This document shows, piece by piece, positions 1-11,037 of a DNA stretch of 64,000 bases. The notes under the pieces are model-generated. The model did not search any database, was not told the origin of the DNA, and saw only the letters and a program-made list of their open reading frames with translations. Position 1 is the stretch's first letter, and every line of letters starts with the position of its first letter. The stretch spans positions 41,356,001-41,420,000 of the forward strand of contig CM052816.1 in the NCBI GenBank assembly GCA_028534125.1. Reading direction: 5' to 3'. The position numbers and the translations under genes are program-made. This DNA comes from Lama glama (lineage: Eukaryota).

Positions 1-509
1 CTTGTTTTTGCCTGACTGACTTCCTTTCCACTCTGGTCACAGCAGCCCAATTTTCCTTTGGAGAATTTCCTCTAGCCTATCTTCAGTCCTTGTGATATGA
101 GTAGGGCTGATCTTACCAATCCCATAATCATCCAATTTCTCAGAATAGGAATATGAACAAACCTGACCAGTAAGTTTATTGCATGACCCATTTGCAGTGA
201 ATAGTTAAGAGTAAGGGACATAACATAGTTAAGTGAATCAGTATCATCTTCTAGACTGTGCTGGTACAAAAAAAGTAAAAGTGTAAGTCAGGCTAATAAT
301 GAGACCCAAATTCTGCTGGCAGTTTTTGATTCTTTGGATTTAGCTATGACTAACTCTGTAGATCTACTCTTGGACCATTCAATTAAATAAACCATTCAAT
401 TCCCTTTCTTTTTAAAACGTGAATTGAGGCGGCTTTTCATTCACTTACAACCACAAGACCTTTAATTAATATGCCCATGACTTGATTTTTTTCTTTCTGT
501 TTAGACAGT

Positions 510-853
510 GCATTACTCATGGTAGGATAAACTGATGAAATTTTTAAAAATTGAAATCCCAGTTACCTAACACAACAAAGTTTTAATGTAGTTCATGTCA
601 CAGTCCAGTATACTAGTTGGGCTGCCTTTTTTCATGGCTTGGGTATATTATTTGGGCACGTAGTTTCCAAGCTAATCCCAGTCTGGGAAGGGAGAGAAGG
701 AGAAGGTATCCTGGCTCTTTAGTGGCTTGAACTAAATATGACACAGTCACTACTGCTCATTGCCCATTGTCCAATTTGATCACTTGGCATCAAACTACAA
801 AAGGCTGGGGAAATGCAGGGGGGGCACATTCACACTCAGAGAGCAGTACTAGC
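510..853 (-). mobile_element. Old MaLR LTR (MLT1-type) fragment, interrupted by the MLT2 LTR
   Basis: Degenerate MLT1-like motifs (cacaacaaagtttt..., ctgctcattgcccattg..., aaaggctggggaaatgcagg). It appears to resume briefly after 1223 (tctgcca). Confidence 0.5.
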
Positions 854-1218
854 TCTATCAGTCAAGGTTCTGCAGAGAAGAAAAACCAATAGGGTGTGGA
901 GGGGGGAGGTCGGGGAGAGACTGATTTTAAGGAATTGGCACATGAGTGTGGGAGCTGGTAAATCCGAAATCTGAAATCTGCTAGAAACTCAAGCAGAAGT
1001 TGATCCTTACAGCCGTGAGCAGAAATTCTTCAGAAAACCTCACATTTTGGTCCTGGGGCCTTGAACTGAGTGAGGCCCAACCACATGACTTAAAGCCAAC
1101 TGACTGTAGATGTCAACCACATCTATGAAATATCTTTCCAGCAACACCTAGATTACATTTGATTAAATTATGATATACTATAGCCTGGCCGAGTTGACAC
1201 ATAAAATCAACTATCATA
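854..1218 (-). mobile_element. MLT2 (ERVL) solo LTR
   Basis: Ends tctatcagtcaaggttctgcagag... and ...gttgacacataaaatcaactatcata match MLT2 termini; internal ttttaaggaattggc motif; 5-bp TSD ctagc (849-853)/ctatc (1219-1223). Confidence 0.85.
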
Positions 1219-1589
1219 CTATCTCTGCCAAAGATCAGAAGCCCTTATTTCTTATTTTTTCTCATAATATTGCTGTGGGAATAAATATCCCTGCTCTATG
1301 GTAGAGGATTATAGCCCTGTCCTATTGTTAACATAGTCCATGCATCTCTTTCCATGCCATGAGGCTAAAAAGTTTTAACAATATAAAAATATTTCTTTGG
1401 TCATCAGAATGCTAATTCATTTCTGAAACCTTAGCTATAGTCAAGGGCTATATTTTTAACTGTTTTCATTTCTGTATTTATTAATTCATTTAGTTAATAT
1501 TTTGAGTACCTACTATAGCCTAGGTACACCAAAGATCACCTTTTCCTGACAAATATCTGCGTCTTCATATTGAGGGAAAATAAGTAACT

Positions 1590-2111
1590 GTGCTAAACAT
1601 GTAATGCTTTGTGACAAATCATTCCAAAACTTGGAGGATCAAAGCAAGAAAATCTGTTTTTCACGGTCTCTGTGGATGAGGAATTTCTGAGCAGTTTGGT
1701 TAGGTAGTTCTGTCCGGGTGTCTCCAGAGAGTGCAGGAAGATGTCGACTGTGCTGCAGTTATGAGAAGGCTGGGCCAGGGCCACAGGCCCTGAGTCCACG
1801 GTGGCTCACTCATTTATCTGGCAGGCTGGCGCTGGCTGTTGTGGGAGACTGCAGTCATTCTCTACATGGGCCTCCTGAGAGGGCTACCACAGCTCCCTAC
1901 AGCTGGCTCTCTCCAGAATAAGAAGTCCAGAAGACCAAGGCAGGAGCTTCAGTGCCTTTTATCACCCAGGCTTGTAAGTCACACGCTTTCACTTACAATG
2001 AATGTACTGGTCGCACAGACCAGCCCTGGATCATGTAGGAGGAACTACATAAGAACATGGATTCCAGGAGGTAAGGATCATGGGGCGTCATCTTAGAGGT
2101 CAGCTATCACA
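1590..2111 (-). mobile_element. MLT1-type MaLR solo LTR
   Basis: acaaatcattccaaaactt..., ggtggctcactcat...ggcaggctggcgctggctgttg, and the end ccaggaggtaaggatcatggggcgtcatcttagaggtcagctatcaca are typical of reverse MLT1. Confidence 0.75.
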
Positions 2112-2378
2112 GTAATGTATGCCAGCCCTTCTCTTGAAAGACCTTTTGCTTAAGGAGCCTGATGGCTCACCCTACATATATTTGAATATCTGGCTCCATA
2201 ATTCATATATTTGAGTCTGAGTAGATCATAAGCTGAGACTTCAGTTAAATTTAGCATGGATCTAAAACCTCCACCCTAGGTTAGAGTAACAAATGGAAAA
2301 AACAATCCTTTCTTTCACTGGACTGGTAGCCCAGAAAATTCTCTGAGGAGGTTCACCTGGAGGCTGTGGACACCAGAT

Positions 2379-2444
2379 ACACACAAACACACAGACACAC
2401 ACAAACACACAGACACACACAAACACACAGACACACACACACAC
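2379..2444 (+). repeat. CA-rich microsatellite with 18-bp higher-order period: (acacacaaacacacagac)x3 + (ac)6
   Basis: Read directly from the sequence. Confidence 0.95.
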
Positions 2445-3782
2445 CAGTCATTCATCTCAGCACCAACAACATTATCTTAGGACTCCCCATCTCTAACACA
2501 AGTAGAAATGTCCTATCGTTGGTCACAGAAGCAATACAAGTAATAACTATTATTTGGGCATTATACTTAAGAGGAAATAAAAAATATGTAACATTGGCTT
2601 ATTTCTGTATTTTAGTGTCCCTGAAATTGCCATCTTATTGCAATTAAAATATCCATAATATTCAGTCTCAAAGAAGCTACGAATATTAGCAGAACCACAT
2701 TTTAAAAATTTGTAATTGGTGCAAAATTGAATTGTGACACTGAAGGTCATGGGAACTCTTGGTCTTGGGAGTTCTAATAGAATGAAAAAATGTGATATTG
2801 TCACTATGTTCTACAGGACTTCCAAGTCTACTTACATTTGGACCCCAACACATGTGTTGAGAATATATTCAAGTTCAATATTAGTTGAGCTAATAATGCT
2901 GCAGAGGCTTATTTAAAGAGATGTTCAGAATAAACTATTTATAAAAATCTGAGTTAATTGGCCAAAGAAATGCCTAAATTTTTTTGAAACTAAATAATCA
3001 GTGCTTTATTACTTAAATGGAAATGATAGCACAGTAAGAATTTCAATGATCCAATTAATGAAACATTATAATGAAATTTCTTTAAATTTTTTTCAACATC
3101 CTAGTGTACCACCATATTCATTACCATTGTCTATACTTTCCAAGGTATTAATATCAATGGAATAATTAAAGACAATGAAAGTGGAACTCATTTATATCCA
3201 ATTCTCCTTTTCCCAAGGCTTTATGCTGCAGGTTTATGTAGCCTTTGATTTAAACCAGAAATATTTTTTTCTTGGCTAAAAAAATTAGTTTTCTAGTTCA
3301 GCATAAACAGAAACAGAACAGATAGTGATAGGTTAAATGGCTAATTATCTTATCATTATAAACCCAACCTTCAGAAGAAAATAATAAAGCCATATCCAAC
3401 TAACTAAACTGCCAAACCAAAATAAATTTCCATTTATTTCAAATGTCCAGAACAAAAAAACACCAACACTTCAGTTAAAAGCAAACTCACCACATAATCC
3501 TGTTGTTGATATGACTATAATAATTCACTCCATCAACCCTAATTAAACCTTAATGATCAGATCTCCAGGATTTTCTTCAGAGTTCATAGCAGGCAAGAAT
3601 TTCACTGACAGTATTAAATCATCCATTGAAAGGTTACAGTGGCACTGTTAGTGCTACACTTTATTAAGCTTCACTAGACTGTACTTGCTTGACTTTTCTT
3701 AAATAAAAGAAAACGTAAAACTTATCCTCCAGCTTCATACTATTTGTTGAGAAGGATACAGAAGAAAAACTTAAGTGGTGAA

Positions 3783-4366
3783 TATTAGTTATCCATTGAA
3801 ATGTAACAAATTACATTCCCCAAAATTTACTGCCATAAAACAGCAGTATTACATCACTGTTTCTACAAGTCAGGAATCTAGGCATAGCCTAACTGGATCT
3901 TGGGCTCTGAATCTCTCATAAGGATCATTTCTGAAGGCTACAGTCAAGCTGTCAGCTGGGTCTGCAGTCATCTTAAAACCTGACTGGTGGTGGAACTATT
4001 TCTAAACCCACTCTCACGGCGGTTGGCAGGAGTCTGTCTCTCTACAGCTGTTGGATTAAGAGCCTCAGTTCCTCACTGATTGTTGGCCATATGCCACCCA
4101 CACTGAAGTCTCCATAGTGTAGCTCATAGCAGGACAGCTTGCTTCATCAGAGCAAGCAGGTAGGTAGAACCAAAGAGTCCACAAGCAAGATGGAAATCAC
4201 AGACTTTTACCGATTAATCTCAAAGCAACATCCCATCTCCTCTGACTGTTCTGTTTATTAGAAGAAAGCCACCAGCTCCAGCTCACACAAAGGTGAAGGG
4301 ATTCCATAAGGGGTGAATAACAGGAGGTGGGGATCATGGAGAGTTATTTTAAAACGGTCTACCACA
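3783..4366 (-). mobile_element. MLT1-type MaLR solo LTR
   Basis: Starts tattagttatccattg...gtaacaaattac; contains caggaatctaggcatagc and gctgggtctgcagtcatct; ends caggaggtggggatcatgg...ctaccaca. Confidence 0.8.
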
Positions 4367-4389
4367 TGGTGCTACTAAACTAGAGGGGC

Positions 4390-4826
4390 TGTCAGTTTGG
4401 TCATGTACCCCCAATATTCATATCCTTCCCAGCACCTGAGAATGTGACCTTAGCTGAATGTTGTTGCCAGTAAAATTAGTTACGTTAAAATCAGGTCATA
4501 CCATAGTAGAGTAGCCCCTTAATCCAAGATGACCAGTGTCCTTATAAGGAACGAAAACACGCAGAGACACACAGGAAGGACGCCGGGTGACACCAGAAGC
4601 AGAGATTGGAGCAATGCATCTACAAGCCAAGAGGTGCCAAGGATTTCCAGTAACCACCAGAATCCAAGAAGAGGTAAGGGAGGATCCTACCCTAGAGTCT
4701 TCAGAGCGAGCATGGTCCTGCCAACACTTCACTTCTAGCTTCTGAAACTCTGAGAGAATAAATTTCTATTGTTTTAAGCCACCAAGTTTGTCATACTTTG
4801 TTACAGCAGTCATAGGACACTAATAC
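4390..4826 (+). mobile_element. MLT1 (C/D-like) MaLR solo LTR
   Basis: gaatgtgaccttag, taatccaagatgaccagtgtccttataag, ctacaagccaagagg, gagagaataaatttctattgttttaagccaccaagtttgt...gttacagcag...ctaata. Confidence 0.9.
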
Positions 4827-5074
4827 TTTTATATAGGTGATAATTTAAAGAGTAACTATATACGTCATCCCAATAACAGAAATTTTTCTGTCCTGTTAGG
4901 TTAGGCTGAGAAAGATATAGGTCCCTCTTTAAAGAACAAACATTCTCATGTATTACTGCTGCTAAACTATTTCCATTATTAATTATACTATTTTTATATG
5001 ATAGATGATGTTGCTTTGCTGAACATAAATGACAACTACTGGGGTTAATAGTAGATTATTTGCACTTCACTTAT

Positions 5075-5592
5075 TGTGGGCTACATGGACTTGTAAGTGG
5101 ACTCGGATACCTACTTGCCTCCTGGTTTTCACATTCTCATACAAACTCCTGCCCTTGAGTATCATAGGACCTGTAAATCCCTTCTAACCAGTAGAATACG
5201 GCAAAAGTGATGAGACACTGCTCTCACAATCACAGTACGTCTGTAGGAGTTCATTTTGCTAGAACTCTTTCCCTCACTCCCTCCCTCTCTCTCTCTCTCT
5301 CTTTCTCTCTCTTGGTGGCTTTGAAGAAGCAAGTTGCCATGAATCCTACATTTGTAAGTAAATGAACTCTGAACAACCTGAGAGAGCTTGGAAACAGACT
5401 CTTCCCTAGTCAAGCCTCCAGGTGAGAGCACAGGTAAGCATAAGACCGGACTGAAGCCCGGTGAAACCCTATGCAGAGGACACAACAAAGACATGCTCAG
5501 ACTCCTGACCCACGGAAACTGTGAGATAATAATGTGGGTTGTTTAATGCTGCTAAGTTTGTGATTTGTTATACAGCAATAGATAACTAAATG
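5075..5592 (+). mobile_element. MLT1 (E/F-like) MaLR solo LTR with internal (CT)n
   Basis: ggctttgaagaagcaagttgccatg, ctcctgacccacggaaactgtgagataataatg...gctgctaagtttgtgatttgttatacagcaatagataactaa. Confidence 0.85.
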
Positions 5593-5684
5593 TCAGCTTG
5601 ATTCTTTCCTTTTTAGCATGATGATCCTTCATTTGAGTTGTTATTGTCATTGTAGGGGAGGGGTTAAGCCTTTATTTTTTAAAT

Positions 5685-6005
5685 ACTTTATTTATTTTTT
5701 TAGACTACTTTGAGGTTTCCAATAAAATTAAGAGGGAGGTACAGAGATTTCTCATATACCTCCCACCCCCACACACACATAGCCTCAGCCATTATCAACA
5801 TTATTCACCAGAATGGTACATTTTTTACCAAGGATGAATCTACACTGATGCATCATAATCACCCAAAATCCATAGTTCACCTTAAGGTTCACTCTTGGTT
5901 TTGTATATACTGTGGGTTTAGACAGGAGTACAGTAACATGTACCCATCTCTATAGTATCATACAGATTTTCACTGACCTAAAAATCCTCTGCGTTCTGCC
6001 ATTAT
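5685..6005 (-). mobile_element. Old L1 (L1MB/MC-like) 3' end fragment
   Basis: T-rich tail followed by aaaattaagagggaggtacagagatttctcatatacc, cacactgatgcatcataatcacccaaaatccatagt, ctgacctaaaaatcctctg. Confidence 0.8.
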
Positions 6006-6028
6006 TTTTTGATAATGTATTTCTTTTA

Positions 6029-6164
6029 CTTAGTTTTTCTAATTGTTTATTTATTTATTGGAGGTAATTAGTTTTACTCATTTTTTTAATGGAGATACTG
6101 GGGATCGAACCCAGGACTGGTGCATGCTAGCATGCAGTCTACCACTGAGCTATACCCTCCCCAG
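6029..6164 (-). mobile_element. tRNA-Ala-derived SINE (camelid Vic-1-like)
   Basis: Reverse complement gives ggggagggtatagctcagtggtaga (A box) and gggttcgatcccc (B box) plus the ctaattacctcc tail; TSD aatgtatttctttta at 6014-6028 and 6165-6179. Confidence 0.92.
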
Positions 6165-6258
6165 AATGTATTTCTTTTAAACTATCAATTGTTTTTCAAT
6201 GAATTGATTACCTAATGACAAAATTCAACACTAAAAGGTGAAAAATGCTGTTTAATTA

Positions 6259-6758
6259 NNNNNNNNNNNNNNNNNNNNNNNNNNNNNNNNNNNNNNNNNN
6301 NNNNNNNNNNNNNNNNNNNNNNNNNNNNNNNNNNNNNNNNNNNNNNNNNNNNNNNNNNNNNNNNNNNNNNNNNNNNNNNNNNNNNNNNNNNNNNNNNNNN
6401 NNNNNNNNNNNNNNNNNNNNNNNNNNNNNNNNNNNNNNNNNNNNNNNNNNNNNNNNNNNNNNNNNNNNNNNNNNNNNNNNNNNNNNNNNNNNNNNNNNNN
6501 NNNNNNNNNNNNNNNNNNNNNNNNNNNNNNNNNNNNNNNNNNNNNNNNNNNNNNNNNNNNNNNNNNNNNNNNNNNNNNNNNNNNNNNNNNNNNNNNNNNN
6601 NNNNNNNNNNNNNNNNNNNNNNNNNNNNNNNNNNNNNNNNNNNNNNNNNNNNNNNNNNNNNNNNNNNNNNNNNNNNNNNNNNNNNNNNNNNNNNNNNNNN
6701 NNNNNNNNNNNNNNNNNNNNNNNNNNNNNNNNNNNNNNNNNNNNNNNNNNNNNNNNNN
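6259..6758. other. Assembly gap (500 N, probably placeholder length)
   Basis: Run of exactly 500 n. Confidence 1.
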
Positions 6759-6852
6759 TAATTAAACAGCATTTTTCACCTTTTAGTGTTGAATTTTGTC
6801 ATTAGGTAATCAATTCATTGAAAAACAATTGATAGTTTAAAAGAAATACATT

Positions 6853-6988
6853 CTGGGGAGGGTATAGCTCAGTGGTAGACTGCATGCTAGCATGCACCAG
6901 TCCTGGGTTCGATCCCCAGTATCTCCATTAAAAAAATAAATAAAACTAATTACCTCCAATAAATAAATAAACAATTAGAAAAACTAAG
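6853..6988 (+). mobile_element. tRNA-Ala-derived SINE (Vic-1-like), mirror copy of 6029-6164
   Basis: ggggagggtatagctcagtggtagactgcatgctagcatgcaccagtcctgggttcgatccccagt; same TSD (taaaagaaatacatt) on both sides. Confidence 0.92.
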
Positions 6989-9125
6989 TAAAAGAAATAC
7001 ATTATTAAAAAATAATGGCAGAATGCAGAGGATTTTTTAGGGCAGTGAAAATCTGTATGATACTATAGAGATGGATACATGTTAGTATACACCTGTCTAA
7101 ACATATGCCCTGTGATATCTGGGCTCCAAGACGGAGTTTTCTAAGAAGACAACTTAAATGTGCACACTCTCAACCAGGCCTGCTTGCTAATGTCCTCTGA
7201 CCAAAGCCAGTGAGGAGGTCAAGCCAGGAGTCCTTGTGGAAGGGGCTACACAAAGGCGACACTATTGAGAGGTCACCGGCTCACCAATCTGCTACAGACT
7301 CCTGTGCACACTCATGCACAAACCTCGTTCAGAATTAATGAGAAGATGCCAAATAACTGATTTTATAGACAGATTCTTTAGTCCTGTGAATAATGAAAGC
7401 AGAATTGGAACTGACGAAAAGTTCCCGTCAGTGTGATTCTCTGTGCCATATGTGCACAGCTCTATCACACGAAGAGAGTTTAGAAATAATGAAAGAGTCA
7501 CTTTAATGAGCTCGGGAGATGTGAATAAATTATGATCCCATAAGTACCAATTTTAATCCACCTCTTTATGGGCTAAAAAAAGTGTCACAGATTATAAAAT
7601 CATTTATCTAACAATATGCACATGACATCATCATCGTTAGAGTTGCCATTATAACCATTACATTTTTATTAACATTTTCTCCCTGAAATTTCCATTTGAA
7701 AGCCAATGATAATTTTATTTTGAAAGCAGTTCTAACTATGAATGGTTCCAGTACATATTTTGATCCTGAAGTCAGCCTCCCATGATAAAAGCTGGGCTGT
7801 TCTACTTTTTTCTTGTTCCTTCCCTCTGCCCTTCAGGGGATGAAAAAGAAAAAGCCATTTCCAAAAAGTAAAAAGCTATTATTCTATCTCTACTACAATT
7901 ATGAACAAGATTCAATTACGCCACTCTAAAATATTCATTGCAAATTTATGATTTAAAGATATTTCATTTCCTATTCATGTGCAGTTCCCACACTTACAGT
8001 ATAAATATTTACAGTTAATTATGGAAAATTTCACACATTAATCCCAGTAGCATGAAAATACATTAATAAATTTACATTAATAAGTGATTTTTGGAAAAAT
8101 TATTTAGAAGTGAGAAAACAGAAGACTTCCACATACTTATGGTAGCCAGAGGCTTAAACTTTGGGGTTCTCATTTACCCAGAGCTCTTCCAAGGCCATCT
8201 TCACATAATTGTATGTTTTCGTAAAGTCACAAAATGAGGGTATTTTATCTGAAGGTTCACTATCTCTTCCTCTGAATTCCCTTCCATCACATGTCCCCTC
8301 AAGTTGATTGGTGTTGGAGTAGATGTGGCATTTTTTAGACTCTGGTAAGGAAAGTTAAGTCAGGGATACATTTAATTTGAATTTTGTAGGATACATTTAT
8401 ATGGCTTACAGTCGCATGGATGTATAGTTCAATAATGTCTTGCCAGTAAAGATCAGGCGTGCTCACTCATCATGATAGGAAGGCTCAGAAAGGTCCCATC
8501 TCCACATGAATGTATCTTATGGAATCTGACATTGAAGTTTGTTGGTAGTGGAAGAAAAACATGGTTTGAAATTTATGGGCTAATTTATCTTTATATTCTG
8601 AAGTGACAATCAAAAATATACACCAAAAACCTATAGGGAGAGGGAGTAATGTACAGGTATATTAGGCAATTAATTAATAATAATAAATGTACGTTTTCTT
8701 TGTGGATTTTTTTTTACATTTGTAGTGTTTGTCAGCTTTTAAATCACTTATTTAAACTTTTATAAATTGTTGTGATTCTTCTTCTTAACCTAAATATTCA
8801 CTTTCATACTTAGTTTGGTATTAGTACTTTTGTATTCTCTTCTTAAAGAAAGGTCCCTACACTGTATGAGCAAAATCTGGATCTGCTTCCAGTGGTAGCT
8901 AATCTGTGACACAGTGAACTCTCCTTCCGCTTGAGGGGTTGAGCTACCAGACAATAATAAAATCACATGGAGTAAATTCTTTCCTTGTTTTTGGATTTCC
9001 ATTTTTCTTCTCCTTACTCATGAAGACCGATTCATTCATCTATAAAATATCACTCAAGTCTTTCACTTTCACTCTAGGATTACAGATGAATTTCAGCAAA
9101 AGGTAGATCATTAATCCTGACTGAC

Positions 9126-9164
9126 TATATTAGTCAGGATTCTCCGGAGGAACTACAGATCTGG

Positions 9165-9230
<66 letters not shown>

Positions 9231-9626
9231 AGAGATAAAAAGACTGGAATTTATTTTAAGAAATTGGCTCACACAATTATGTTATGGAGGCTGGTAAGCA
9301 TGAAATCTACAAGATTCAGTTTGTGCCAGTCCAGGGCTGCAGGCTGGAGACCCAAGAAAGCTGGGTTGCAGCTCGGTCTGAAGGCAGATTGCAGGCAGAA
9401 TTCCCTCTTCCTCAGGGATGTTGTTCTTTTTTCTCTCAAGGCCTTCAGCTGTGATAGGGTGATGCCCACCCATATTATAGGAGAGTAATCTGCTTTACCC
9501 ACAGTCTATTGATTTAGATGTTAATCTCACCATAAAATACCATCACAGCAACATATAGACTAATGTTTGGTCACACATCTGGGTACCATGGCCTAGCCAA
9601 GTCAACACATCCAATTAACCATCACA
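9126..9626 (-). mobile_element. MLT2 (ERVL) solo LTR
   Basis: tatattagtcaggattctcc...ttattttaagaaattggctcacacaattatg...ggcctagccaagtcaacacatccaattaaccatcaca. Confidence 0.9.
9166..9229 (+). repeat. (GATA)16 perfect tetranucleotide microsatellite inside MLT2
   Basis: Read directly from the sequence. Confidence 0.97.
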
Positions 9627-10472
9627 TTGATGAATACACAGTGAAGGTGGGAACCAGCATTGCTACATTCACCTAATTTGTGACATTTACCATATTCTAT
9701 TCATTTGTGGGAGGATAAATGCTATGCAACTGAGTATCACAATTAACAAAAAGGGACCAGATAAAGAAAGCACATTTTGCTTCACACAGTGAAGCAGACA
9801 AGATGTCAGGAGAACACATTTTGGGGTTTGACTGTAGCTACAAAGCAGAATGTTGAGATTTCAGCCAGGTTATAAGGTTGGGCCAGTCCCTAGGAACCAC
9901 CTGGAAAAGACGGGCTACTTTGAATTGTATTTCCTCCAATCCCTTAGAGAATTCCAGAGAAACAAAGAGATTGCAACCATGCGAACCAAGACTAGTTACA
10001 GTTCTAATATTCTATAACTCAATTTGATGTTATTAAATGAGATTTAGAGGAGATGGGGGAGGAAATACTGAAACAAGATTTGATAATAGCTCTACATTAG
10101 ATGTGCTATGCTACCTTTTGCCTCAAAAAGCCTATCTATTAAATTATCACCTAAAAAAGACAGCTTTGAGAGGCAAAGGAGGTTTGAAACCAGACACATT
10201 CATAGTTCACATCATAGTTCAGAATAGCTGATTTTCTAAACAATGTTTCAAAGAACTGCTTATAAAGTGAGTTTTAACAAGTACTGACAGAAGTTAAATA
10301 CAACGTATGCACCCTTCATCATCTAAATCTTTAATATTTTGAAAATGAAGTCAGTGGAGTGGCAAAAAACTTCAAATAATTTTATTATATGATATGTCAT
10401 ATGTCATACTTAGCATCTTAGCAACATCTAATTGTTAAGTGGAAATCACCACTCCGAATTCCAACAATCTCT

Positions 10473-10868
10473 TTTTTTTAACTGAAGTACAGCCATTTTA
10501 CAATGTTGTGTTCATTTCTGGTGTACAGCAAAGTGATTCAGTTATTGTATATATATATACAATATATACACACATATATATTCTTTTTCAGATTATTTTC
10601 CATTATAGGTTATTATAAGATATTGAGTATAGTTCCCTGTGCTATACAATAAGTCCCTGTTGTTTATCTATTTTATATATAGTAGTATACATCTGTTAAT
10701 CCCAAACTCCTAATTTATTTCTCCCCCCATTTCCCCTTTGGTAATCATAAGTTTGTTTCCTAAGTCTGTGAGTCTGTTTGTAAATAGTTCATTTGTACCA
10801 TTTTTCAGATTCCACATATAGTGATAGCATATGATATCTGTCTTTTTCTTTCTGACTTACTTCATTTA
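10473..10868 (-). mobile_element. L1 3' end (laurasiatherian/artiodactyl-type 3'UTR)
   Basis: Poly-T, actgaagtacag...ttctggtgtacagcaaagtgattcagtt, ccattataggttattataagatattgagtatagttccctgtgctataca, tttttcagattccacatata. Confidence 0.92.
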
Positions 10869-10881
10869 GTAAATAGTTTCT

Positions 10882-11037
10882 CAAAAGACCCCAAATAGCC
10901 AAAATAATAGCCAGAAAGAAGAATGGAGCTGGAGAAATCATGCTCCCTGACTTCAGACTATACTACAAAGTTACCATAATCAACACAGTGTGGTACTGGC
11001 ACAAAAACCAATGTTTGTGTACAGACACATAGATCAA
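10882..11037 (+). mobile_element. L1 ORF2 fragment, opposite orientation to the adjacent L1 3' end
   Basis: aagaatggagctggagaaatcatgctccctgacttcagactatactacaaag...gtgtggtactggcacaaaaac translates to the ORF2 motif LPDFRLYYK...VWYWHKN. Confidence 0.9.

Larger units (their letters stand above)
5916..7102. repeat. Inverted duplication: arms 5916-6258 and 6759-7102 flanking the assembly gap
   Basis: The right arm is the reverse complement of the left arm. 6080-6258 is identical to its mirror; by manual alignment the outer 164 bp carry 9 substitutions and 1 indel. Confidence 0.97.

Noticed and set aside
2550..2900. Possible minus-strand exons near 2837-2899 and ORF 2550-2804
   Set aside because: The implied intron is only ~60 nt and the peptides are unrecognisable.
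6212..6805. Two mirror-image 186-aa ORFs
   Set aside because: They run through the 500-N gap; the symmetry simply reflects the inverted arms.
6853..6925. tRNA-Ala-like sequence (also in the other SINE copies)
   Set aside because: It has an AT-rich tail, TSDs and multiple diverged copies, so it is a SINE head rather than a tRNA gene.
8137..8341. Candidate minus-strand coding exon (SKKCHIYSNTNQLEG...ELWVNENPKV)
   Set aside because: The long frame hits TAA before the donor and I recognise no homologue; kept only as a possible non-coding exon.
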